Shown piece after piece: positions 12,184 through 24,223 of a stretch of 64,000 nt of DNA. The stretch is taken from assembly GCF_023055435.1 (NCBI RefSeq), contig NW_025963890.1, positions 21,328,001-21,392,000 of the forward strand, in the 5' to 3' direction. The first letter of the stretch is position 1, and every line of letters begins with the position of its first letter. The notes below the pieces were generated by a model, which ran no database searches, was not told where the DNA came from, and was given only the letters and a program-made list of their open reading frames with translations. The DNA is from Haliotis rufescens. Its lineage: Eukaryota. The translations under genes were made by a program, and so were the position numbers.

Positions 12184-12559
12184 CTGAAGCACTGTATTTT
12201 GATGAAGCTTGAGGAGTATTAAAAAACAAGGTAGGACACTAGCTAAGGTAGTGGTCAAAAGAACATAAAAAACCCATTCATACCGCACCACATTGTATTA
12301 TTTCTTATAGTTTAATCTATATAAGGGATATGTATGTATGTACATTACACAATTCTGTTGTCTAAAAAGCTGTAAGAAATAGAGTTTAAAACATCCAAAT
12401 AAAACTCATAAATCATAAACAATAACCTGCAGATTTCAACTCCAGAATCTTCAATAAAAGGATGGGTCACGTGATATAGCTGGGGCCCAACTTTAATATC
12501 AACACCAACATGTGTATGAATCCATGCTTTCAGACAGATTCACAGGAAGGGCTTGAGTC

Positions 12560-13310
12560 GATGAATGCAGCAGAATTGACAACAAGTACCTGAGTCCATG
12601 GCTGCAGCCAGATTCAGTATAAGGACCTGGGTAAGGATTCTGCAGCAATATGTGGAAAACTGTATCCACGGGTGAACAGTGAACACCAAGCCCATCTGAC
12701 TAATTGTCCTGTTAGCACCTTTGAGTGTGACAGTCGCAGCATCTAACTATTGATTATTGTCAATGCCTGACTGGACAACTAATTCACACTCAGCATGCCA
12801 CAAGTGTTCATCATCATTAGAAACAGCTTCTGCTGAGATAGATTTTCCTTGTGAGTGGGTAATCGTGACTGCCTGGTTGTAAAAGGAATCATGTAAATCA
12901 CTCCACAGATACAACACTGAAATCTTGAAGAAGGCCATGAATACAACAAAACTGAGGGGATGGGTCGACAAAAAGTGCACGGAGGGTCCAATAAGATTCT
13001 GCAGATGGTCACAATATGACACGTCTTGGTGGTCTGGTTAGAGCTGGCAAATCGATGGTTGTAGGAGTGAACCTGATCATTCGGTCAGGAAGACAAACTA
13101 AACAGTACCATCCATACTCACTGAGTACCATTTGTGCTCAATAATCTCAAAGAACATCCGCAAGCAAAACAGCACAAACCGGTGGTCAATATGGTGAGTA
13201 TTGTCCACACATTTGAGGAACTAGGCCACACGGTCGACCAGGTCACTTTCCTGGTGATCACTCAAGAAAGTACTATTCATACTGAGCAGACATTTTGACC
13301 TCCAACTCTT
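12560..13310 (+). mobile_element. Highly decayed non-LTR retrotransposon fragment, R4/Dong-like
   Basis: Broken-frame remnants KYL, RILQ, HHH..ASAE...P....NR.L and WVDKK.HG occur in the order expected downstream of the RT core in R4-type ORFs. Confidence 0.45.
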
Positions 13311-15080
13311 ACTCAGCCATGTTCTGAATGGAGAACAGGTATTAAAGAAACTAGAGAAACAAAGGGAGAAAACTGACCCAAATAGTGACATGAGTAAATT
13401 GCAGATGCTACTCCATTTCATCACAGATCTTATATTGAAAAAACAAAATGAAAAGTTTCACTTTGCAGTCTATTGCATGATTTAGAGATTCCAATCTGCT
13501 AACTGTGGTAGTTGTGCAATATAAATTATTGACATGTCCAATACACAACTGACAGCTGAAACATCAACTAGGTGCAATGTAATATATAGAAATCCCGGGC
13601 AAGCAGCAACATTGAAGCAAAGTTCTTGCAAGGATGACTACCAAAGTCCCAGATTTGACAGCTGCTTTCTTGGCTGGTACCGAAATAGTCCAGCAAGTGA
13701 CAAAAAGGGCTAGGAAGATAACATACAGTGTCTGTCACAAAATATCCCTTGATCATCTTTTGGCGGACACCCTAACCCCATGGAGACCTATATCTATCAT
13801 TGCTCTAGCGCTTACATCCTGAAGGGGAGAAAATCAATACCTTTCTGCTCGCATCATTTCAAGGGCATCAAAGAGGTGGGCTGCTCTGGGCTAGCTTATA
13901 TCTCATGCCACAGAACCTAGGTACCATATGGAATGAAGAACCAACATCAAACAGACACTGTTTGCTGTAAACATATTTCTGATGTCATATGGGCATGGTT
14001 CTCACATCATTATCTTGAAACTCCTGAAAAGTAAGATCTGAGATGAAATGTTTGCAAGGCAAGACATTCCTTTTGCGTGTTAAGCTGTCAATTTGCTGAT
14101 AAATGGCATAATCAGTAAGTAATACATCTCTTTCTGCTTGCCTGGCTAGTCGGTTATCATCAAGCTATAGCATCATTGCAGCATACAGTCAGGAAAAAAC
14201 ATAAAAGAATTTGGTGCAATGGGAAAGCAGATGAGTATGTTTCTATCATGCCCACTACAAACAGTCCAGCCATTCTACACACAACAGCCATGCAACATCA
14301 AACGACAACATCAGGTATAACATGCTCTACATTGTCACAATGACAGGTTCTGAATGGAAACCTGAGGAGCTGCAACATGATTACAGATCATTCTCCATGT
14401 GTCATCTCTTTGCAGTACATAACTTACTGTCAATTCCAATGCTTAAAACAAAGAAAGCAAGTCACTTTCCTGCCATTACTATGTTACATTACAGATTGAG
14501 AATTATATTTTGAATCATGAAGTAAGATATGTTTTTTAGACAAACTGGCAACCAATTCATTGCAAAAGATTTTGAAGACATTCTAATTTATGTATGACCA
14601 CATTATCTACAAGAATGGATGACAATAATCAGCTACTCGCACTGCTCTACAGCCTGAAAGAAAATGCTCAGTTGTCAAAGTATCCACAGTGCTAGTATTA
14701 ACTCTATATGATAAGACATTGTGTTCCAATGAGATATAATGCTGGTACATACACCTTGAAAAAGTTCAGCACCACGACATCTTTATTTGCAAACTTGAAA
14801 CCACAAATATGTCATATGATAAATGACTTCAATTTCTGTATGTCAAAATGAGTATGTGTCTTGTCTGAGAGTTAATACAGGAAAAGATCTAAAAGAAAAT
14901 TCAATACAAATGGAAATATTTAGAAAGTGGTGCTTACTATATAATTCAACATAAAGTCAACAGCCTCATCACCAAATGATTTTGAGCACCAGAGTTTCAT
15001 GCATACTGCAATACAGAGAGACAGGAGATGACAGAGGAGATGGAACTTTGGACTGTTTAGATCCAGAATGAAGGCACTAC

Positions 15081-15170
15081 CTTTTCCTTGGTGGGTTTGA
15101 TGACAGATTCATTAACACTCTGGCCAAGTTCCTTGGTCTTCTTGGCAGTTGTCGTTGCTAGTTTGGCAGC
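15081..15170 (-). CDS. ARFGAP1: ARFGAP1 internal coding exon (90 nt, phase 0/0), AAKLATTTAKKTKELGQSVNESVIKPTKEK
   Basis: ttttgttttcttccAG|GCTGCC...GAAAAG|GTagtg; resembles the recalled vertebrate ATKFGSQASQKASELGHSLNENVLKPAQEK linker between ALPS1 and ALPS2. Confidence 0.9.
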
Positions 15171-16338
15171 CTGGAAGAAAACAAAACTCATGTCATGCAT
15201 GTCTATGTCTGTAGGTAATTGTGTTTATCAACTCTTTTTTCAATTTTTCTGAAAGTAAGATGTACAAATATAAGAAAGGTCCCATTGGTGTGACAAATGT
15301 TATCAATTTTCAAAAATTTACAGGCATATTGCTTTCATTTCTCTCTTCTAACATCTCGTTTGTCAGGTCCTTTTTTCTTTCTATAGCACGGGTAGTCATT
15401 CTAAACATATTTAATGGCCAACTGGGTCACCTGCATTTCTTATTTCAATACAGGGTTTGCCATAGTCACTGTTATAGACCAGTGAAAACTTCAAAGTAAA
15501 ACCAAATACTTTTCTACTCAAACGTTACATGGAATACATAGGATTTATAAAATTTAATATGGCCTTAACTCCAAGACTTAATCTTAAATTTACACCCTCT
15601 TTACTCTGTATTAAGACAGTCATTTTTTAACTCTCAAACAAGAAAGATAAATGTTTGGAGCAGAGGGTGATTTTCGCAAACACATGTTGTCATAGCTATT
15701 TGATAGTGATTCATACACACATGCTCATGATAAAGTTGAAGATGATAAAAGATATGATGATATCTGACACAAACAAACTGGATTGTTTATAATTGTAATC
15801 AGAGATAACTTCAGTAATGCCTACAGAGAATGAAGAATATTCACTATTGAATAAAAGCACCTGCCACAAAGCGGTCAGCGCTGCCCACACAACTAATTGA
15901 TAAACACCTCAGCACTGACCAAACTTGACATTTTGGCCAGTCTCCAGCATATGTCACCCAAGTCTTAATAATGTCTCTCCATAATGGTGACATGCAAAGA
16001 CATCACAAAAGAACTCCTTTTGACATGTTGACGTAAACAATACTGAGACACTTGGAAATTGTAACAATCTGGTTTCTTTCCAGCCATGTTTTTGCCATCT
16101 GTAGTGGTTTGCATAAGCTCCAGATAACGTACAGTGGCCACAATTCAATAGGCATCAATTTGTAAAGGCCATTTAAGTTGGGGCCACTTTGTTATTGTCT
16201 CTTGGGATAACTTATTAATGTCACATTTGTCTGTTGTTTCTGTTGTTGTCAGCACTATTCTAGCCCTAATACATTTGTAGTAACTGAATCTGGGCCGGGA
16301 AAACAAGAATGAGCAATGTCTAAAGCTGTTGGGGTATG

Positions 16339-16594
16339 TTTGTTAGTTAGTTTGTTTGTTTGTTGTTTAACACTGCACACAGCAATATTCCAGATATATG
16401 ACGGTGGCCTGTAAATAATCGAGTCTGGACCAGACAGTCTAGTGATTGACATCATGAGCATCGATCCATGCAATTGGGATATGGTGACATATATCAACCA
16501 AGTCAGCAAGCCTTACCAACCGAACCCGTTAGTCGCCTCTTACTACAAGCATGGATTGCTGAAGCCCTATTCTCTACCTGGATCTCCACAGGTC
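16339..16594 (-). mobile_element. SINE-like family D, full-length copy
   Basis: 13-bp TSD CTGTTGGGGTATG (16326-16338, 16595-16607); 5' end GACCTGTGGAG; (AAAC)n tail. Confidence 0.9.
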
Positions 16595-18199
16595 CTGTTG
16601 GGGTATGATGACATCACCACTGGGACAGTGTTGTAGGCCATATACCTACATACTACCTTAACTCAGTTAAATCATGAAAACAATTTGCAATCTCAAATAA
16701 GGAGGATACAAAAATGGTCATTTCTCTAAAATCAATATTAAATGGTAACCAATGAAAAATTGCAGGAATTTTTTTTTTTCTTGTGTTTTAAAAAAAATCC
16801 CCCTCATAATGCTTGGACAAATATTTCTTCACATTTCTTTACTAAAGCATCTATGAAATGTGAAATTTGGAAGTGTAGTAAGAAAATAGGAACTAACTGG
16901 AATCAAAGCAAGAATTACTTTTGAGAGAATACAATAACATCATATCAGTAAAGTGATCCTAATGGAATACAACCCACTCACTATACACTGAGACATACAT
17001 CAATATTTATGTAGGATGATGAATTATGGCTACACTGACAACCTGATGTTTATAGATCAGTCTAATAATGAACTGGTAAACAGGAGGAGTTTTATGTGTT
17101 AGTCGGCCGCATCTCAATATATCAGGACAACCTGCTCTGAGCAGACCAAACAGCCATCACTGATCCAGGTGCTGTAGGAGGTAGCAGGATTCTTTAACTC
17201 AGTCTGTCACAGCCAAGGTTCCTGGCTGGTCACACCTTCTCACATCAGTAGTAGAAATAAACAAGTATAGGCTCCACAGTCCGGTGCCCATTTCCAGTCG
17301 TGGTCTAGACCTTGTAATTAGTGACTTCTTTCAAACTGAGACATTATCTTGGTGTAATTAGGATAACCATTGCCTGCTTGAATGATACATCATAAATATT
17401 GTGTTTACAGACAAATTGCTTTGCAATGACTTTGAATAACCTTTTCTGGGCCTGCCATTTGGCTCAAACCCAAATTTGCCCTTTATGAGGGTGAGCTCTT
17501 TCAGTCTTACAACCATAGTATTTTAATCTAGGGACTCCCTAACTCTTTAATGTTCAATTATGAGTGTTATTACAAGGACCCACTGACTCTCATCCTTGGT
17601 ATCCAACACTGTAAGTATTACGCAGCAGGAAACTGTACATCATCTGTTTCCATGACAGTTGCATTCTAAGCTAACCATGAAGCCTTGGGTCCTGGTCTTG
17701 GCACTACTGTTACGATAAATCTGTGGTAAAGGACGAGAGTTACAACAGCAGCTAGCCTTGGCTCTATCATGATGTAGCCCTTACAATTCTGCCAATGTTT
17801 CCCCTGGGATATAGACCCTATGTACGATTCTAATAAATCTTTTCTTCTGTAGTTGTTGGATTTTGTATATATACTGAGCAACAAAATAAGGGAAGATTAT
17901 GCAATATAGCTGAAGGCGGCTTTTTGAGTTCAATAACTTAATACGGTTCACAGCAATTAAGACTGAAAGTCACGGGTCATGAGCTAGGTGTCACAAGATC
18001 TAAATATTGTAGCAAATACATCAAAGAGCCCAGTGACACCTCTCGGTCAGTGTCATCATGTTTTACAGTCAACAATTTTCCAGCTGCATCTGTGGCCTGT
18101 ACAAGTGCTTGACAGCATGAGCAACAATCCATGCATATTGACATGATCACATACAATCAGCCAGGTCACACACCATAAGAACCCGGGCGCCATTAGTGG

Positions 18200-18560
18200 C
18201 AGGGCGATACACCAATGTATCGGTGGGTTGCCATTATTTACTTCTTGATACAAGCATCAATTACAGTTGCACACTAAGTAAAATATATTGATTTTTACCT
18301 TCAGCATTTGCTTTAATAACTGTTACACTAAACACTATTTAGAAGAGCAAACGTAACTGTTTTTATCCATTGTGCCATACTTGACACTGCCAACTGTAAA
18401 TCATCAGTGTGCCAGGTATTTGGCCATACTGTCTGTGAAATAAAATGGCTTTGAGAGACAACAGATAAGAGCTCATGCAAGTATCATGATACATATCGGA
18501 TTGTTAGCAAGCTATCATGATGTGTATCAGATCGCACAGTTGGTGTATTGTCTGAGCCCT
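18200..18560. mobile_element. Old hAT-like MITE
   Basis: The ends CAGGGCGATACACCAA and TTGGTGTATTGTCTGAGCCCTA are imperfect inverted repeats with repeated GATAC/GTATC subterminal motifs. Confidence 0.35.
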
Positions 18561-19667
18561 AGTCATCATCCTGTTATGAAGCATGCAAAATACCCCCCCC
18601 ACACACACACACACACACACAAAATATGAAACACTGTGTGAATTATCATATATGGTATAGCTACAGACTGCGACTTTATCCACTACGCCGAAACAAGAGG
18701 CCAGTAAAATTCTGTTTGGTGTATTCAAGCTCAGCTAATAATAGTCGATATAATAACACTAAAATCTACTGAAAATTTTATTGGAACGTTGTTTGGGCTA
18801 CGAGAATCGAAACTCTTTGGCATAGACTGTAGCTGCATAGTAAAAATACCTCCAGATTTCTTCGAGGCACTTTAACATTTTAAATGAAAGGTTTCCGTAA
18901 TATCTGCGCAGTTATACAATGAGAAATCAATAGTAGCAGTCACCAGCAACCCCGATGAGTCACATGAATACCAGACTCAGTTACTGTCAAACAAACATGT
19001 ATACAACTATCACATGGCAGAATCTATCAACATAAACTGTAAGCCATGGGAATCACATAGATCTCACTACGAACAATCAAATCCTTGCATATTGTTTCAC
19101 AGAATAGTAACCGTACATTGTGGATATCCGAACAAGGGATCCGGAAAATTTCTTTTGGCCAACAGGAAATTTGTGTTTTGGTCACCACTTATTTGACAGT
19201 TTCTGGTGGACGTTCATGTATGAATAAAATAATAACAGAATTACATCAAAGGTCACATTCATAACATATACCATATTTTCTTGAGGACAGTGTGCAAAGT
19301 TTTTTTCACCATAAAACACACCGTAATGAGTTTTGACGTGTTTTCACCAACATAATCCAACTATGACATATCATACCGTGTCAGTGCGTAACACCAGAAA
19401 TACCATGTCAACAAATCTGTACTGAATTACACAATTTAATCCTGTTATTACACTAGCTGGTTATAAAAAGTGTTCAGTTTATATATGGACTTATGTTTAT
19501 CATCTATTTGATTAAATTTATTCAAATTTCATTCAATATTGTTTACATTAATTTCAGTGAAATTAGTGTGAAGTGACTCACTATAATTTACAGCAACCAG
19601 GGTCAGATTACCGATTTTGATGCCTTGACTTTTGTTGACAGAGAATGGTTACATAAATATACTACTA

Positions 19668-20154
19668 CAGTCAAGTCCCATTAATCCGACATTGTTGGTT
19701 GCATATGATTATGTCGGATTAACAAGTATGTCGGATAAACGAAATTAAGTAGTATCAACATTTGTGATCGAAAATCGGACAACTACACGATAGATAACTA
19801 TACAAACACGTAATAAAAAAAATATAAATGAAATATTCATATTGTTATGTTACATTGTTAACAGAATATGTTTACTAATCATGCAACTTCTAAAAACAAC
19901 TGTTACGGACTGTATGACTTATTCAAAATACTTTTAAAAGCATAGCATGTGTACTCCCGGGCAAAGTGATCACTGTGTCGGATTAACGAGACTGATCAGT
20001 GATTTCAGTAATTCGTTGCAAATTAGCTGTGTCGGAGTCGGAGTGCGAGACTGTCGGATTAACGGGTCTAAATAGCACTGATTTAATCGGTTCCCATCAT
20101 TAGTGTCCGATAAAGCTGATTGTCAGATTAATGAATGTCGGATTAATGAGACTG
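19668..20154. mobile_element. pogo/Tigger-like MITE
   Basis: TA|CAGTCAAGTCCCATTAATCCGACATT...AATGTCGGATTAATGAGACTG|TA with several internal TGTCGGATTAA repeats. Confidence 0.8.
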
Positions 20155-21109
20155 TATATGTAAACATAACTTTCTGGCTAAGATTACGAGAAAATATACA
20201 CAGTATTCTTAATTACTGCATATAAAGCAATTACTAGCAGAACTGGATATACAGTTGAAATGGTGAATCATCATGTCTACTGATATTTTATCTCAAATTT
20301 CACATTAAAATTTTTTTGGAAACTGTTTTATAAAACAACATAAAGGCAACAGAAAAAAGGGGATTGTCTCCACAGTGCTGTTTTTGCAAACATGTCTGTA
20401 AAAATTAATATCTTCATATCAGGACTCGTCATGTCCTTGGATCATTACAATGAGAAAAAGACTTGTGTTTCTAAAAACTTTTTATAAGAACTTGTGTGAG
20501 GAAAGTCCAAACTCACACAGTTGTTAAGGCTGCTTATTTCATCATTTCCAAGATTTGACAAGTTGCAACAAACTCATTTCAAAACACTACAGCAAGTACA
20601 AGGTGCTAAGGGAAACAACTCCCCGTAATGAAGTGTAAAGTAATGGACACCATGGCCTGCCGTGTCACATCCCTTAGGAACAAGAAACCATTACACCAGA
20701 AAGTAACAATTTAATACGGAACTATTTTCTTGGTTACATTCTTATCGTGTTACTGAGACACTAATAGCAACAGGATTCAATAATCCTGAGCTGGACACGG
20801 TTAATTATGAGACGTTACCAGATCCCATGTACATCAGAATAACATATTAATAACTGATTATTATCAAGTTATGGTCACTTTACCAGCAAGCACTGACAAG
20901 CATGAATAAAGATGAACAATAAGCTAAAGGACGACACAAAACTAGGCGGTTATATAAGGTAATTCTTACACAGAATAACATATCACTATGTCTATTGTGT
21001 CTTGTTGATTGGCCAAGCTGCTCATATCATCAGATTTTTCTTGTATCAGCACAAAGCACAAAAAGGGCAATGTGGCTATTGGAGACATATTTCATGTTTT
21101 GCTTCTTCT

Positions 21110-21318
21110 TTCACATCACCAATATGATGATATCCTGGAAATAACCAAATCTCAACCAAACAGGTCAGTGATTGATGTTGTAACATTTCATGCTGGCAGG
21201 GTACGATGACATGCGATAGGCCAAGTCATTAAGCCTGACCACTCAATCCATTTTGTTGCCTCTTATGACAAGTATAGTTTGCTTGGGACCTGTTCTAACC
21301 TGGAATCCCCACGGGGCT
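21110..21318 (-). mobile_element. SINE-like family D, degraded
   Basis: CCAAGTCATTAAGCCTGACCAC...TTGCCTCTTATGACAAG...CCCCACGGGGC aligns to 16339-16594. Confidence 0.65.
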
Positions 21319-21344
21319 CTTACCCTGGTAACTTGTGAAGTACA

Positions 21345-21655
21345 GCAAAATGGGGTTTAACATTGTGTTTAATATTATTGCACTTATATAGCAAGATGCA
21401 TGCATGTGTGTGTGTGGCTGCTTGTAACAGTGAGGGCTATTTACCAGTTTTATAATGGATATCAAATTTTCGACACATAAATACTGACTGCGTGCCGGAC
21501 AGTCCTTGCTTTATCCACTTAATGACAAGCACCAGGCAGGGTAACAACAAATACCATTTTTAAAGTCTTTTGGTTAGATGAGGCCAGGAAATGAAACCAC
21601 CGACTATCCGCTCTCTGGGCAGATGCACTATCCACTTCACCACAGATGTGGCCGG
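21345..21655 (-). mobile_element. SINE family A, degraded
   Basis: GGGGTTTAAC...TTATTGCACTTATATAGC...CAGGGTAACAACAAATACCATTTTTAAAGTCTTTTGG. Confidence 0.75.
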
Positions 21656-23950
21656 TTCCTATGACCATCATGTAGCACTAGAGGCTTAGTTTGCTCCCAA
21701 ACAATATCGGGCAAGAATGCAGTATACTGGACACCTTCTGACATTTTGGTAAAGGATGTGCAAAAGCACATTCCTAAGTAACGGTTTCTAAGTTTTTCAG
21801 ATGGCATTTCTTGTTGACTTGCTAAAATAACAGGGCGTGAATCCACGCAATTGGGATCGATGACATGCAACAACCAAGTCAGCGAGCCTGACCACCCGAT
21901 CCCGTTAGTCGACTCTTACGACAGGGTCCGTTATTATGCATGTGTACTTATTAAGTAAACCCAAGCAATACATGCACTCAGCAGCATGAAAAGTTGCCAA
22001 TGAAGATGCAATTCATTTTGACTGTTGTACATAAGGATGCAATGCTAGGGGAGGGGGTAGCTTAGTAGTCAAAGTCTCCACTCCTGGTCAGGGTATATTT
22101 GTATTCCGTAAATTACCTAAGTATTCTAGTTTTTAAATTCAATGTAACAGGTAAATTAACTGTAACACATTATTGATGAATAAAATATTGCAATGAGTTA
22201 AAAGTTACTCAGTTGATAATCCATCAGTTAACTGTTATTATCTGAAAACTAACCTTAAACAGTACAATTCTTGTTTACCTTTTTGTTATACTGTTGTTTG
22301 TTAGTCTGTAGCATTCTGGACTGGCAACATTCTGTCTGGTCTGCTAACTTTGCAAAGTTGCCAGTCCGGTTGTCTGACTGAAATTTTGGGGAATTTTATA
22401 CACTGTTCTATTACCCATATGGCTACAATGCATGGAGCCAATTCTTGATAAACCCAGCAAGATGTCACACGGCCTCACTCCCATCTGTTGTTTTACTGGG
22501 CATCTCAATGAAAGCAAGATTCAGGACTTCCTTTGAGCAGTGCCCATTCTAGGTGATGTATCTTTCTGCTTCATTATACACTGGGAATTGTACACTTAGC
22601 ACCTTCACTATCTCAAATAGAAGTGAGACAAGCATGGATGGAAATACCATACCAAATTACTAGTGGTGGTAATTTGTGACAAATACATCCTTCGGGAGTT
22701 GGACTGACCATTCCGAGCTGCATAGAAACTGTCATACAAATAGATTACTGAGCTGGAACTGGGAACAATTCATCACGTAGCCGTACAACAATAAACATGT
22801 GTATCAAGACTTGCAAAGTGCTGTCAAGACTTTAATAATAAATGATGTAAGACTGAACACCTTCTTGTTTAGCTAGAAAATTTAGAAGATCAACAATTAA
22901 TAGGAACACATTTGATTACAGAATTTAAGAAAACAAATTTCTCAGGAATTCACAAAATTTTGAAAACGTTAGAAAAAAACCTCCTAGCCTTATGGACATG
23001 TCCTTTACATGGGGTAGATGTCAGTAGTGTATATCATATTGTCTGAGTGGTGGGTGCTGCCTGTGTATGCTTACCCTTGACAGTAGATTCCCTACTAGAA
23101 TTATGACTCTTATGTACGCTTCATAGAGTGAGCTGTGATAAATGCTGCTTCAAACAGTATCTCTGTTGAATCACAGGGGGAAGAAATCCAGAAGTGATGT
23201 GTTTGCAGGTGTACATATTTTGAGATATGGTGCTGACAGACCAAGAATTGTAATGGTTCAATCTGGGATTCAAACCAACAATCAGCAGATCCTGGAATGG
23301 TTAAGGGATGCAATTCTGCATAGTGAATTCTGCACCTTCGACCACTGGGCTGCTATTGACTCTTTGAAATTATGAGCAAAAACAACATAAAGAATGAAAA
23401 CAAACCATACCTTTTGTCCATTTATCAACTCAATACTCAAAGAACAGGCTGTAAAAACATTCCTTATAAAACAAACTTTATACAATCCCATGGATTTTTT
23501 GTATCTCTAAGCATATGATGCATGTATTTGGTTTTGCTAGACTATCTCCAATCTATATCAAATAAACTGTGTATCTCTGTAGACTTGACAGTATATCAAC
23601 TCATCTCCCCAAATGATCACCACATAAACACCTCTACCAATTTGTAAGTGAGAACCAATGGAGATTGCCATTTAAGACAGTTTGGACACCAAGCCTTTTC
23701 TATGCTAATGACCTGCTCCATTACTACAGCGCCGATGGCTTCATCATCATTAGATTCCCAAGAGTAGCATCACCAATCTTGCTTCACTATTACCACGGGG
23801 CCCATTAAACACAATATCATCAGCTGAGAGGATAAGGCTGAACCCAAAACAGATTATATACAAACGTCATCAAAGAGTGCGTGAGTGAGTTTGCCTTAAC
23901 ACCACTCTGAACCATATTTTAGTTATATCACACCATGTCAGCTTGATGTG

Positions 23951-24223
23951 GAGTGAGTGAGTGAGTCGGGTTTAACGCCGCTTTTAACAGTATTCCAGAT
24001 ATATTATGGCATGTCAGCTTAATGTGGGAGAAAAGCCTGAAGTGATGCAGGTCTTAGACATTTACCACTTTGGTGAAACCCACGAGCATGGGTATGATAA
24101 ACCTAGAAACATAATTGGGGCAAAGGTTCGAACCCACAATGATAGGTTTCTAGGCGTGTCTAAGGGATGCAACTCTGCACAGTGAATCGCGGCGCCTTAG
24201 ACGACTGGGCCACCCGTTCCCCC
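23951..24223 (-). mobile_element. tRNA-headed SINE family B (long box A-box B spacer); partial extra copies flank it
   Basis: Head GGGTGGCCCAGTCGTCTAAGGCGCC...GTGGGTTCGAACC and tail CTGGAATACTGTTAAAAGCGGCGTTAAAC(ACTC)n; related pieces near 23180, 24240, 41810, 46620, 54578 and 57710. Confidence 0.8.

Noticed and set aside
13530-14450. Possible decayed DNA-transposon coding remnant
   Set aside because: No motif or terminal repeat that I could identify with confidence.
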